From IMG/VR virus record IMGVR_UViG_3300017971_000203: DNA of 64,000 nucleotides. One strand, given 5' to 3'. The position numbers and the translations under genes were made by a program. This document shows, piece by piece, positions 17,408 to 28,266 of the stretch; position 1 is the first letter of the stretch; the number at the start of each line of letters is the position of its first letter. Under the pieces are notes generated by a model. That model was given only the letters and a program-made list of their open reading frames with translations. It searched no databases and was not told the origin of the DNA. The DNA comes from a virus.

Positions 17408-18238
17408 TCACTCTTCCAGAGGGGCCGAAGATTCGATCAGAGCAGCAATGTTGCCGCCGATGTCCTCGAAGCGCGGAGAGGGTTGCGGCTCTCGAGGAGT
17501 CGAGGCCATGCTGCCGTTCACCTCGGGGTCTTCGAAGCGTGGGTGCCCCGGGGCTTCGGACGGGGGCAGAGGCATCCCGAAAGGATCGCAGTCCAGGGTC
17601 TCCCACCTGGTGGGTTTGTCCGTCAGGTCGCCCGGGGTCGGTCCGGTCAGGGGTGCGGGGCCGCTGCTCGAGCTCTGGGGCGGCACCCCGAATCTGGAGG
17701 GAGCGCGCGGGCTCGCTGTGTCGGCCTGGCGGATCTGCTCGATGAGCTCGCGGTCTGTCCGGGGTGCTCGAGGTCGAGGCGGCTCGGGCGGAGGTGTGGG
17801 AGTTCGAGGTGCCGAACGCCTCCTCGGAGGTCGGTTGTCCATGCTCTCCGGGAGCACCCGCTGCCGGGTCAGTGCCTGATCCCACGCGGAGGTCTGTCGG
17901 AGTGCTTGGATCGTCCGATCCTTTGCAGCGACTTCCCGGCGGAGGTGTCGGTTCTCCTGGATGAGCTCCCCCCGGCTCATGTTGTCGTAGCGGGAAGTCT
18001 CCCGGAGCCCCCTCAGAGCCCTCTGGAAGCGCGCTCCCGCGCGTGGGCGCGTGGACGTGTGCGCGGGCGCTTGCGCTTGTGCTCGCGCTCGTGTGGTCTC
18101 CTGGAGCCCCAGGAGGCGTTGCACAGCCATGTCGTCCGCCTGGGCAGGCGTGCTAGCCCGGAGCGGGGAGTCCATTCCGAGGATGCGGTCGACGGCCTTT
18201 TGTTCCTGGAGCAATGTCAGCGGCGGCAAGAACGACAT
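17408..18238 (-). CDS. hypothetical Pro/Arg-rich protein
   Basis: AAGGAGG RBS; ORF track. Confidence 0.6.
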   Translation of the reverse strand: MSFLPPLTLLQEQKAVDRILGMDSPLRASTPAQADDMAVQRLLGLQETTRARAQAQAPAHTSTRPRAGARFQRALRGLRETSRYDNMSRGELIQENRHLRREVAAKDRTIQALRQTSAWDQALTRQRVLPESMDNRPPRRRSAPRTPTPPPEPPRPRAPRTDRELIEQIRQADTASPRAPSRFGVPPQSSSSGPAPLTGPTPGDLTDKPTRWETLDCDPFGMPLPPSEAPGHPRFEDPEVNGSMASTPREPQPSPRFEDIGGNIAALIESSAPLEE

Positions 18239-18847
18239 GGGGGAACCCTCCTTGTGAGAAGGTTCCCCCTCGGCGGTCGCTCTGTCAAGTCCAGGTCAGA
18301 GCTCACCCGTCTTCAGCCCGCTCCGATTACCGTTGCGAAGCCCCCTTTCCTGGGCTTCAAGACCAGTGTGTAGTCCGGTCTGTTAGCCCTTGGGGGCGCT
18401 TTCTTAGCCACGAATCCACCCCCTACAGGCTTCGGTTCCGGATCTTCTGGGCGATCCCCTGGAGGATCTCTTCGTTCCGGCCTTCCCATGCTTCGGGCAC
18501 AAGCTCGACCTCTTCGGGACCTCCGCAATCACGAAAGACCTGAATGAAGGCCGCCGTATGGTCTTGGCGGAGAGGTGCCTTCAGAGAGGCCTGATGAAGT
18601 GCGAGCAGCACCTGGGCTCGAGTCCCCAGACGCTGTGTCCGACAGAGCTCCCGAACGTGGGCCCTGTACACCCACGGGGCCATGTCCAGGAACTCCGAAG
18701 GTTGAGCCAGACGGAATGTCTCCGAAGACTTTTCCCCCGTGAGCCCAGCTTCTTTGATCTCTTCCTCGCAGATCAGCATGAAGTCGAACATCCGGGCGAT
18801 ACGCCCCCCTCCCGGGAACTGCTTGATGAGTGTATCCATGTTCACGA

Positions 18848-19372
18848 TTAGTTCTCCAGCGTATAGAGGGATTCGAAAAGGTGTTCGTCGGCGAACACTT
18901 CCGCCAGGTTCTCCGGATCTCCTGCCCAGCCTTCCAGGAAGGTCCTTGTCATCTCTTCTGCAGGGAAGTCGAGCCGGAGTTTCGCCTTCTTGCACAAATG
19001 CGGGATCTCTACTCGAATGCTCCAGTATTCTTCGTCAGGTAGTTGAAAGATCTCTGTACGAAAAGCCTCGCACCACGCCTCTTCGAGGTCGTAGCGAACG
19101 TCCACGGCCCGGCTCCTGAGCTGCGCCTCCGTATCGCTGTGGTAGACCCAGTTGTTCGCCCACACCCCCCGGTGGTCCTGGTCGAAGCCCGGGTCCCCGG
19201 AGTGGTAGTGCACGTTACCGTCCACGAGCTGGACGCGGAACTCTGTGTCGGGCTCGTTGCCGTCTTCATCCAGGGTAGGCTCTGGGTGAGCGCTCCGCAG
19301 TGTCTCTTGCGTGTACTTCAGGGCCTTGGCAATGGCCTCCACGCTCGGGATGATACTTGTCGGGAAGTCCAT
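18848..19372 (-). CDS. hypothetical protein
   Basis: AGGAG RBS; ORF track. Confidence 0.65.
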   Translation of the reverse strand: MDFPTSIIPSVEAIAKALKYTQETLRSAHPEPTLDEDGNEPDTEFRVQLVDGNVHYHSGDPGFDQDHRGVWANNWVYHSDTEAQLRSRAVDVRYDLEEAWCEAFRTEIFQLPDEEYWSIRVEIPHLCKKAKLRLDFPAEEMTRTFLEGWAGDPENLAEVFADEHLFESLYTLEN

Positions 19373-19635
19373 GTTCGTCTCCTACATCCAGATGCACTCG
19401 TAGCCACTCCAGGTCAGGAAGTAGCACGGTTGTCCGTTGATGGTGCCCTTGTGATAGCCGACATGCCAGTCATCCTCGAGCTTCAGGTCCTTGTCGTATC
19501 CGTGGAGCTCCGCCCACTCGTCGAGGCCTTCCACGGCGCCCCTGAGCTCCTCCGGGGGCACGTCTTCGGAGGAGTGTCGGAGCTCGCAGATCTCGAGGTA
19601 GTTGAAGCACACGCACTTGCCGCGGTAGGTCATCA

Positions 19636-20190
19636 TCAGAACGTCACCGCCTTCTTCCCCTTCTTCTTCGGGGGCATGGCATGGGGGTGCTTGATACCGA
19701 ACGCCGAGCGAACGATGCTCGCGATGGCCTCGTTGACCGAGCTCGCCTTGGAGCGGGCCTGGAAGACCGCCAGGACTTCCTGCCGGTCCTTCGCCGCACC
19801 GGCATCGACGAGGGTCTTGATGGCCGCCGTGAAGCTCCCAGCCGCCTTCACGCGAGCTCTGTAGAGGTGCTTGCAGGCGGTCTTGTGCTTCCCCGCCGGA
19901 CACGTGCAGGACACGGCGTCGTCGTGCTCGAGGCTCACGACCACGGTGTAGGTGGTGTCGGAAGAGTCCGACTTGACTTCGACCATCACCTCCGGGGCCA
20001 TCTTCGGGGCTTTCCACCCGAAGGCCCACTGGCCATCGGCCATCGGAAAGCAGCCGTAAGCGAAGCCGGTCTCGGCCATGAGGTCGCTTTGTTTCGTGTC
20101 GAACCCAGGGTGGTAGACTTTCTGCCCGTCCTTGGCGACACCGAGCACGAAAGTGGAAGTGACGAGAGCTTTGACGGGATGAGTGTTCAT
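19636..20190 (-). CDS. SWIM zinc-finger protein
   Basis: SCTCPAGKHKTACKH (CxC..CxH). Confidence 0.8.
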   Translation of the reverse strand: MNTHPVKALVTSTFVLGVAKDGQKVYHPGFDTKQSDLMAETGFAYGCFPMADGQWAFGWKAPKMAPEVMVEVKSDSSDTTYTVVVSLEHDDAVSCTCPAGKHKTACKHLYRARVKAAGSFTAAIKTLVDAGAAKDRQEVLAVFQARSKASSVNEAIASIVRSAFGIKHPHAMPPKKKGKKAVTF

Positions 20191-20782
20191 GACTATTCCG
20201 TTTCTTTGATGGCGTTATCGAGAGCGCGGCCTACAAGGGCTTTCCCGTGTTCAAGACCGAACCAGCGTTCATGGAAGTTCTGGACTAGGTCTTCCCGAAT
20301 GGTACGCAGCTGTCGGAGTCTTTCCTTGCGGGCCTCCTCGAGAGCTTCCGACCGGGAAGGCAGAGGGCCGAGATCGTCTGTCGGTTGCAAGCTCCTGCTC
20401 GAGTGCCAGCACCGTTGCCCTTCTTCGTTTTCCACAAGGGTGTCACACATGCCGGAACTGAGGGGCTTCCACTGGATCACGGTTCCGCGATCCCCCCAAG
20501 CCGTTCTTATTCGTCGTCCTTTCATGACTACCCCAGAAGTCCAAGTGCCTTTTCGGCCTTGTCTGTGAGAAGGGTGGAGAGAGCTTCAAGGCTCTGAGCG
20601 TTCTCGATGTTGCCGGCCAGACGATCGGCTACCGCGTGGCCCCTGTGTCGGGCTGCGGACGACAGAAAGGAGAGGGCGTCGGCCAGCTGTTCACAGTCGT
20701 CCACGGAGCCGGTCGCGGCGCAGTCGTCCATGTGGGCGACCAAGCGTTCGATCAGGGCGCGTCTCTCTTCCTTGGTCATCGA

Positions 20783-21133
20783 TCACACTCCTTGGCAGCG
20801 GGGACAGCAGGGCCATTCACCGGGCCACGGGGCCTCGTAGCGCACCCACTCGTTGCAGTATCCGCACACGTCTTTGTGGCCCTCCTCACGGTTTAGGGCG
20901 GCCCGGATCTCCTCTCCCAGGGGAGTGAGCTCGAAGCGGTAGTTCTCCTCGACCATCAGGCCGCGCCGGATCAGCGCCTGGAGTGTGCTACCGCGGGTCC
21001 AGTCGCCGTCTCCGACGCCCTTCACGCGGGGGAAGGCCTGGAGCATGCGATCGGACAGGTCGAACTTCTTCGCGATGGCGCGCACCATCCAGTGCGTGGT
21101 GTCGAGCGTGGTGGTCGGTACGGGTGTAGCCAT
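20783..21133 (-). CDS. hypothetical protein (wHTH-like plus Zn ribbon)
   Basis: TLQALIRRGLM...LTPLG; CxxC..CxxC; leader hairpin. Confidence 0.6.
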   Translation of the reverse strand: MATPVPTTTLDTTHWMVRAIAKKFDLSDRMLQAFPRVKGVGDGDWTRGSTLQALIRRGLMVEENYRFELTPLGEEIRAALNREEGHKDVCGYCNEWVRYEAPWPGEWPCCPRCQGV

Positions 21134-21436
21134 GAGATCCCCCTCCGTTGGGATGTGGTGGTCAGGCGTTGCGGCCGGCGTCGGTCAGCAGGTAGTAGGT
21201 AGTCCAGTGGTGGCGCGTGTTACCATCGCGCAAGTATTCGACCCTGTAGTCGGTGTCGAGCCACAAGAGGAGACCCCGTCTACACAGCGCCTTGAGGGTG
21301 CCCGCGTGGAAAGCGTCGGTGCTGATGCGACCCGCGCGGCGCCTTTTGGCGAGCTCGAGGGCCTTCTTCATGTTTGGACTGAGCACTTTCACTGTGTCCC
21401 CCTCCGTTGGAACGTTCAGCAGGTCAACTGAGGCTA

Positions 21437-21464
21437 AGTATACGCCCCTCGACGCTAGTGTCAA
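21437..21464 (-). promoter_or_regulatory. class A promoter
   Basis: TTGACA-ctagcgtcgaggggcg-TATACT. Confidence 0.8.
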
Positions 21465-21493
21465 CAGGCGAATGAAAAAAGATCGATCTTTTT

Positions 21494-22588
21494 TCAGAGA
21501 CCCTTTTCAACCCATGACGGGACGGTGCCGTCGACGCGCATAATGGGTGGCGGCGTGGAAATGCCGCCCACGGGGATGTGCGTCGGAGCCGGTCCCTGGA
21601 ACTCTTCCATACTGATGAGACGCTCCCACCGGTTGGGATGGTCGTAGAGCTTGCGGTGGAAGTAGAGGTTCTCCATGACCACGTTCTCATTTTTCGACAT
21701 GGTCATATCCATGGAGCGCTGGACCAGGGTGCGCATCCCGGAGCCGCCTCGAGAGTTCGTGCACCGGATGAGCCCGGCCAGGGTGGTGCCCTTCTTCCAG
21801 CCCATACGCTTCATCATGGCCAGACCGTCTGGGGTGTAGCTCTCCAACCAGGCCTCGATGCAGATCTGGATCACCTGGGGGTGCAGACCGATTTCCCACC
21901 AGCCGGAGAGCAGCCAGTCGTACTTCTTCTGGTGAGGGCGCTTGCCACGCTTCACCCGGATCTGTTTCCGGATCCACTTCTCCGAAGCCATCTTCGCACC
22001 GACCCGGTCACCCCAGGCGTGTGCGGCCAGCTTCGGCAGACGCAAGGCGAGCACAGCCAAGACGTCCGGCGCGGTGTCTGCCCACCAGTGCGCGAAGCCG
22101 ATGGAGAGCTCGTCCAAGGAGATCCAGCTGTCGGGAGCTCTCGAGAAGACCAGCTGGTGGTTCTTCTTCCGTGCCCCGGAGACGAGCTTCAGGAGCCCGT
22201 CCTCGAAGGTCGTGTCTGCCAGAATGAACTCCCAGGTGGGGCAGGGCTTCAGGTACTCCCAGGGGCAGTGATCGTAGCCCCAGCGGACGGTGACCTTTGG
22301 CAGTGGGTGCAGCACCGGGTGGGGACTGTCGCCGGCGGGAACATCCAGGACCTCGGCGGGCTCGGGGAACATGGTCCGCCAGGTCTTCGGCCCCATTTTC
22401 CCGTCGATCTTCAGCCCCTTGGCTTCTTGCCAGGCCGCCAGTGCTCGGACGGTCTTCGAGCCCCAGAGCCCGTCGGTCTTGGTTCCGACTTCGTTTTGGA
22501 TCCGCCGGGTTTTCTTCTTCGAGTAACCCCTCTTCAAGTTGTAACGGATAGCGGCGTCCACTTGCGCCTTGTTCAGCTCTACCATCAC
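21494..22588 (-). CDS. peptidoglycan-binding domain protein (putative cell-wall hydrolase)
   Basis: DGLWGSKTVRALAAWQEAKGLKIDGKMGPKTW (PG_binding_1); LSIGFAHW lysozyme-like segment. Confidence 0.75.
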   Translation of the reverse strand: MMVELNKAQVDAAIRYNLKRGYSKKKTRRIQNEVGTKTDGLWGSKTVRALAAWQEAKGLKIDGKMGPKTWRTMFPEPAEVLDVPAGDSPHPVLHPLPKVTVRWGYDHCPWEYLKPCPTWEFILADTTFEDGLLKLVSGARKKNHQLVFSRAPDSWISLDELSIGFAHWWADTAPDVLAVLALRLPKLAAHAWGDRVGAKMASEKWIRKQIRVKRGKRPHQKKYDWLLSGWWEIGLHPQVIQICIEAWLESYTPDGLAMMKRMGWKKGTTLAGLIRCTNSRGGSGMRTLVQRSMDMTMSKNENVVMENLYFHRKLYDHPNRWERLISMEEFQGPAPTHIPVGGISTPPPIMRVDGTVPSWVEKGL

Positions 22589-23325
22589 ACGATCCTCTTG
22601 TAGATGTCTGCGAACTCCCGCTTCGGAACGTGTGCTCGGATGAGCTCTGCCACGCGCAGGATCTCCTCGGCGCGGGCGCTTTTCGAGGGTCTGTCTTCGT
22701 CCCAGGGAACACGCAGGACAAACGTACCAAAGTGCTGGAGCACCTCGGTCATACGCATGATAGCGTTGTGAATGCGGGCGAGGTAGTCGAGGTCGATCTC
22801 GAGCTCACAGGAACGGGTCTTCTGGGCCCCCATCCGGCGTTGAATACGCTGCAGGGACACCTCTGGGGAGATCACGAGGTGCACACAGACATTCGGGTAG
22901 CTCACAAAAGCTGTCATGAGCTCGTAGAGCTCCTTGTAGGACTCGTATTCACGGTCGGGCAAGTAGTCCAGTTGATTCTGCACCTCCGCGAAGGCCACGT
23001 CTCCGTAGAAGCTCCGGTCCAGGATGGCATCCCCCCGCTTGGACTTCACGTGGTAGATGGCATTCAGGTGCATCAACATACGCTGGGTGAGAAGGTGAAA
23101 CTGCATGATAGCGGCCCAGCGCGCTTGTGCAGTGTAGTAGTCCTGCAAATATGGGTTGCCTCCGTTGGCTTCGTCGGGTTCGGTCAGGTAGAGGGACTGG
23201 GGCATGGGACCTTTGTAGGTACCCGGGACAGGCAGTCGCTCGAGGGCGTCGGCTAGTTCAGCGCTGAATTCAGTCTTCCCCACACCGGGGATGCCCTCGA
23301 TGATGACGTGCTTGAAGGTCAACAT
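22585..23325 (-). CDS. deoxynucleoside kinase
   Basis: IIEGIPGVGKT, NPYLQDYY, MQFHLL..R, ILDRSFYGD..FA, RIQRR..CE..IDLDYL. Confidence 0.92.
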   Translation of the reverse strand: MLTFKHVIIEGIPGVGKTEFSAELADALERLPVPGTYKGPMPQSLYLTEPDEANGGNPYLQDYYTAQARWAAIMQFHLLTQRMLMHLNAIYHVKSKRGDAILDRSFYGDVAFAEVQNQLDYLPDREYESYKELYELMTAFVSYPNVCVHLVISPEVSLQRIQRRMGAQKTRSCELEIDLDYLARIHNAIMRMTEVLQHFGTFVLRVPWDEDRPSKSARAEEILRVAELIRAHVPKREFADIYKRIV

Positions 23326-23327
23326 CT

Positions 23328-24131
23328 CTACTCCTGTGGTGGTTCGAGGTAGGGATCAGGGACGAGCAGAACCGAGGCAGACAGTCTACTCCATGAGCCC
23401 TGGATCGCCAGCAAACACATCTCCGGGGAGTACCAGACTTCCCCGTACTTCTCGACCACGGAGTCAATGGCCTCGAAAGGCAGATAACGTCTGCATCTCC
23501 GCGGCCCCTGGAGCTCTTCTATGAGAGCCCCCTGAGTCGTGGCTTCTGGGTCTCGTGCCCCTTCTCGGCACCAGATGCGTTCGTTCAGACGGATCTCTGT
23601 TGAGACCAGGTAGTGGGCTCTGGAGTCCGACCACCGGGCATCCAGGATGGTCGCTAGCAGAAGCACCTCGAGTTGGTGCTGAACGGTCTCCTGACGGGAG
23701 AGAAATAGAAGGGTCCGCTTCACCCCGGCTTCGAGCTCGGGGAGCTCTTCCCCAATCTTATAGGCGGGCGTATCGGAGAGCCCCGTCCCGTCGAAGAATC
23801 TGAGCGGCTCGGTGAACGTGAAGCGGCTCTCGAGGGAATCGAGGAAGGGTTCTGTCCAGGAGAGCTGCGGCTTCCGTTCTTTCTTCTGCGGGGTTGCTAG
23901 GAGGGGGCGCAGGTCGGTCTCGGTCAGCTCGAACCACTCCCCTCTCGTGCGCTTGTGAGCGAAGTGCTTGTGGAGCTGCTTCTCGAGGTTCTTTCCTCCG
24001 GGGAGGACCCCCAGGAGAGTCAGCTTCCGTGGATTGGCCGTCTGGAGAGCACGAAGACGCTGCTCGACATCCGTGGACGTACCGATCTTGGTGCCCAAGC
24101 CATCAGAGATGAAATAGACAAACTCAGCCAT
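23328..24131 (-). CDS. GIY-YIG (T5orf172/MUG113-like) domain protein
   Basis: FVYFI..KIGTS.DVEQRLRALQTANP..LEKQLHKHF..RGEWF. Confidence 0.88.
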   Translation of the reverse strand: MAEFVYFISDGLGTKIGTSTDVEQRLRALQTANPRKLTLLGVLPGGKNLEKQLHKHFAHKRTRGEWFELTETDLRPLLATPQKKERKPQLSWTEPFLDSLESRFTFTEPLRFFDGTGLSDTPAYKIGEELPELEAGVKRTLLFLSRQETVQHQLEVLLLATILDARWSDSRAHYLVSTEIRLNERIWCREGARDPEATTQGALIEELQGPRRCRRYLPFEAIDSVVEKYGEVWYSPEMCLLAIQGSWSRLSASVLLVPDPYLEPPQE

Positions 24132-24146
24132 GTCGGACCCCCTCGG

Positions 24147-24413
24147 TCAGGAGGTCTTCACTTCCATGGTCTTGCCGGGTCCGACAGGGACTTTCATAGT
24201 CTTTGTCAGAGGCGCCGGCTCGAGCAGACGTTTGAAGACGAAGGAGCGATCCTGGGTGGAGTGTCCACCCTTCACGACAGTCTGAACTGGGCGGCTCATT
24301 TCAACCACTTCCCAGCCCTCGGAGCCGAGCTCGTTCAGTAGAGACGTGAACTGTTCGTCAAGGTGGGCTACAGGAACGCGAAAAGTCTTCACCAGATACT
24401 CGAAGCGTTGCAT
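24147..24413 (-). CDS. DUF4177-like protein
   Basis: FEYLV...LNELGSEGWEVV...FVFKR. Confidence 0.75.
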   Translation of the reverse strand: MQRFEYLVKTFRVPVAHLDEQFTSLLNELGSEGWEVVEMSRPVQTVVKGGHSTQDRSFVFKRLLEPAPLTKTMKVPVGPGKTMEVKTS

Positions 24414-24850
24414 CAGGTCCTCGCGGACGCGAACCGAAACTTGTTTCGATCCACTTCCTCACGGTTGATCAGCACCGACCGGGGCGCTGCGAAGCGCAAG
24501 CGCACTGCTTCGGACGTGCGATCGATCGACAGTATGCCGATCTTGATCACCATCACCCCGGAACAGGCCGCGTAGCGCAGGATGTGGTCCTCGTCTTCGA
24601 ACGCTGTGATAGTGAAGGTCTTCCGGCTCAAAGGGCGGACCGCTCCGTCGTCTTCCTCTTCTGACAAGACAGGGTCCATGAGCCGGGGCGTCGTAAACCG
24701 AAGCTGTGCGACGCCCTTGTGTCGATTCGACCGGACCAACTCCACCGTGATGATGTCGTGCTCCCAACTGCAAGTAGGGATCCGAAGGATCACCTTCTCA
24801 CTGGGATACCGTTCGATACTGAGCGCGGGCATTCGTTTGCGTTCTCTCAC
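24413..24850 (-). CDS. tandem (two-domain) CsrA/RsmA-like RNA-binding protein
   Basis: Domain 1 LSIERYPSEKVIL..ITVELV..AQLRFTTPR; domain 2 IKIGILSI..AVRLRFAAPRSVLINREEV (compare CsrA VRIGVNAPKEVSVHREEI). Confidence 0.75.
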   Translation of the reverse strand: MRERKRMPALSIERYPSEKVILRIPTCSWEHDIITVELVRSNRHKGVAQLRFTTPRLMDPVLSEEEDDGAVRPLSRKTFTITAFEDEDHILRYAACSGVMVIKIGILSIDRTSEAVRLRFAAPRSVLINREEVDRNKFRFASART

Positions 24851-25212
24851 TTTCCCCTCCTTTGGAAATCAGGCGATGACCGCGCCAAAGCGCAGTCCCT
24901 TCGACGCTATCAAGACGTCTACGGATTGTCAACCACTTTCGTGGAGTCTCGGTTCTCCCACGGCTTCGCGGTTGGCGTCCGTTCTCAAGTAATCGTTTCC
25001 GAGGTGTCGGGCAAACTCCCGGGCTCTTCCCGATCCAGGTTCCGCTTTGTCTAGTTCGAGAGCGGCCCAGACCCTCATGGGATGCGGGAGATCGCCGTTT
25101 TCTTTACAGCGTTCTCTATAGGAGCTGTACCAGGCCCGGATTTTTTTGCTCTTGTCTCGTTTCTTTCTCGGACGGTTGCGTGGTCTTCTCTTCCTGTTAC
25201 ATCTGTCCTTCT

Positions 25213-25854
25213 TCATGCTGTCTCCCGAACGGTGACTCTTCGATTGCAGGCATCCCGGACGATGCGCACAAGGTTCCAGTCGTGCGGAGTCCCCACCAAC
25301 GAATGAAAGAGCAGGGCCCGCACGTCTTCTCGAAGAAGACGCCCGGCCGCTACTTCTTCCTGGATCCGGTTTCCAATGTCGAATGCGAGGTCTTCCACCT
25401 CTTCCGAAGAGAGGCGTTGCCTATTCCGAGACGCCCGTAGGAGCGCCCTGGAGAGCTCCGAGGTCATCTGTCCCAGATACCGCATGTAGTCCAGGTCGAC
25501 ATCTTCGTAATCCCTGCCCCCTATGTAGAGCTCGGTGGCGCCGCTCACGTTCTGAGCTTCCATGTCTGGAAGCACTGTTTCCCCCATGACCTGGTCGTAG
25601 ATTTCTTGGGCGAATTCAAGGTCGCCCTGGATGAGCGTTGCCCTGTAGAGATAGTCTGGCAGGGCCCTGTCTCCCTTCGCGGTCGCTTCCTCCAACATGA
25701 CGCGATAGAGGGGCTTCACTCCTTCCCAGCCCCAGGCCTCGATGGCGTCGGTGTTGTGTCGCAGAAGTTCTTTCTGAGCCCACTCTCTGGCATAGTGGTC
25801 CCCTTCGCAAAGGGCCCGCCGGAGGCGCCCAAGTCGGGCTTTGTCGTCCAACAT
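25213..25854 (-). CDS. hypothetical protein with shared N-terminal helical tag
   Basis: RLGRLRRALCEGDHYARE... Confidence 0.6.
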   Translation of the reverse strand: MLDDKARLGRLRRALCEGDHYAREWAQKELLRHNTDAIEAWGWEGVKPLYRVMLEEATAKGDRALPDYLYRATLIQGDLEFAQEIYDQVMGETVLPDMEAQNVSGATELYIGGRDYEDVDLDYMRYLGQMTSELSRALLRASRNRQRLSSEEVEDLAFDIGNRIQEEVAAGRLLREDVRALLFHSLVGTPHDWNLVRIVRDACNRRVTVRETA

Positions 25855-26447
25855 CACAGCTTCCTTTCGTCCACGAGGCCACACGCAACCATGAGCTCTA
25901 CTGGGATCTCGTTGTCAACCCGGTGCTCCTGTGCCGGTGCGTCTTTGGTCTCGGAGGGCTTCGGTCGTGGGGGTGGTACGAACTGGTCGACGAGTTGCTC
26001 CCTGGGGATGATGTCAAACCAGTAGTACCCCTTCCGGTCCCTGATGCGCCCGGTCCACTGGGTGCCGTAGGGGTCCTCGATTGTCCAGACCCCCTTGCGG
26101 GACCACCGCTTCGCAATGTGGATGGCCTGAAACTCATGGATCCAGATGTCTCCAGGAATGAGCTCCGTGTACGTGATGCGCTCCGTGTAGAGCATCGGGA
26201 GCAGCTCCTCGATGCGCATACTCATCAGATCACCTCGTAGAGCAGGAACAGCAAAGCCAAAATCACTGCCGCCCCAAGAATACTCAGTACGATGTCCTTC
26301 AGCATGACAACCCCCGAAAGAGGTCTCCCAGGGATACGCCAACGACACAGAAGGTCGGTACGGAGGGCGAGGTGGAAGCACAAACTCTCCGTATGGATGC
26401 GCTCCCTGGGAGACCTGTCCTGACCTTATACGGTTATGTGCGGATTG

Positions 26448-27209
26448 TCAAGCACCTTCTGGCGGGTTGTTGTGGGTGTGATCGCGCTCCTCGTCTCTCA
26501 GAGCGAACCAGCAGTCCATGATGTAGGCGCCTTCGGTCTCATCGTCGAAGACCCCCTGTGGAAACGTGTCCGGGCACCGGTCCACCTCTTTGGTTGAGTA
26601 CTCCAGGAAGTCCCGTGTCCTCGGGTCGTGAGGGAGATCCTTCACGAAACGTTCGTTGTGGCCCCAACCCTCTCGAGCGGCGCGATCGAGCCTCGCCCGG
26701 TCCCCGGTGCGGGGCACAGAGGGCGCTCCAGCGGTCAAGCAGCGCTCGACCTCTTCGCCTTTATCGTTGAGCAGGCGGTACGCGCGCGTGCGCGGGAGGA
26801 GGCTCCTGAGCCCGTCGTAGTAGCCCTGTGCGTAGGACTTCCGGCCGGCGGCGCCCACGATGTCCATCCACTTCTGAGCGCCTGGCAACCATGCTTGCAC
26901 TTGCCACATACCTGTCATGGTTTCGAACTCCTCTAGGAGCACATCCCGTCTTGCGAGAGCGGGCAGGACGAGCTCTTCTACGGCAGATTGGAAGGCGCCT
27001 CGCAGACCGTCAGCGCGACTGTAAACGTCTTGGCACAACGAAGCCGGATCCCCAAAGTCGAGGACCGCTCGCCACTGATCAGACGGCTCTCCCCAGAGAG
27101 GGTGCATGGAGAGGATGAACCGGAGATCCCCCGCTCTCCCGTGGCGCATGTAGTCGCACTCGAAGTCTTTCCAGGACGAAAACCACACCAGCTTCTTCGG
27201 TCTTGCCAT
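26448..27209 (-). CDS. hypothetical protein
   Basis: ORF track, in operon. Confidence 0.6.
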   Translation of the reverse strand: MARPKKLVWFSSWKDFECDYMRHGRAGDLRFILSMHPLWGEPSDQWRAVLDFGDPASLCQDVYSRADGLRGAFQSAVEELVLPALARRDVLLEEFETMTGMWQVQAWLPGAQKWMDIVGAAGRKSYAQGYYDGLRSLLPRTRAYRLLNDKGEEVERCLTAGAPSVPRTGDRARLDRAAREGWGHNERFVKDLPHDPRTRDFLEYSTKEVDRCPDTFPQGVFDDETEGAYIMDCWFALRDEERDHTHNNPPEGA

Positions 27210-27735
27210 GCACGCGCCTGATCAGTGGACGGTTCCACCGGAATCGTCCTTGGCAAACAAAGAAACGGCCTCGGTCAGCTGCTGGGCGTCCAGGAAAACA
27301 CGCAGGAGCGCCTTGTACTGTTCTTCCGGTATGAGGTTCTTCAGCTCCGACTCGACACTGGTGGACAGGGTCCGAAGCGCGATGGCGCTGCCTACGAGCA
27401 CGATCGGCCACGGGATTCCTCTCTTCAAAAGCTGTTCGACAAACTCCTGATGGCACGCTGTGAAGGCTTTCATAACGGCCTGCATTTCGTGCTTCTCTTC
27501 CGGTGTCATGAGCCCCCTCAGTCGAAGACCGGTTCGATCTCGTCCGGCTTTGCAAAGACCCGGCTCAGGTGAGGTCCCTGGGTGAGAACCACCCAGGGAG
27601 TGCCCTCCCGGTTCGGGCTGGCATACCGAGCATGGAGGACTTTCCACACGCGCCCCTGGTACTTCACATGGAGAAGCGGCAACCCGTGCTGTTCGGGATT
27701 GTCCACGATCTCTATGGTCTTCGGCTTCTCGTCTT

Positions 27736-28266
27736 CTACCATGGGTACGGCTCCAGGACTTCGGCGTCTTCGTAGTTCTCGTGCCTCTTTTCGATCTCCC
27801 GCTCCTGCTCCTGGGCTTTCTCGAGACACTTTCTCGAGCAGACAGCGTCGCGTCCGGTCCACTGGCTATTGTGCCAGAGCGGCCACTCGTTCTCACAGGC
27901 ATCGATGTGCTTGCGGCAGACCGTGCAGGAGCCCACGACGTTGGGCACGAAGTCCTTGCACAAGAAGGCGAGGGCGCGATTGTATGCGGACTCATTGTCC
28001 CAGGATTTCACCATCCCTTCAACGAACATCATGAGCTCTTCGAACTCATCCGAAGCGTCGTCGTCACGGTCGAGGTCACAGTAGCAGTGGTAGGGCACTG
28101 CAGGGGACCACGGGTCTTCCTGGTAGCCGCCGTCGTGCGCCGCATGAACGCACTGCTTACAAGAGCGGCAGTCACCCTTGCGCCGGAGCTTCTTCTGGAG
28201 CTCCTCGAGCGCGACACCGTCCCCGAGAAGAACGAGTTTGCGAAGTCTATCATGGTCCTGCTGCAT
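27736..28266 (-). CDS. Cys-rich hypothetical protein with shared N-terminal tag
   Basis: RLRKLVLLGDGVALEELQKKLRRKG; leader motif; promoter 28306-28334. Confidence 0.65.
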   Translation of the reverse strand: MQQDHDRLRKLVLLGDGVALEELQKKLRRKGDCRSCKQCVHAAHDGGYQEDPWSPAVPYHCYCDLDRDDDASDEFEELMMFVEGMVKSWDNESAYNRALAFLCKDFVPNVVGSCTVCRKHIDACENEWPLWHNSQWTGRDAVCSRKCLEKAQEQEREIEKRHENYEDAEVLEPYPW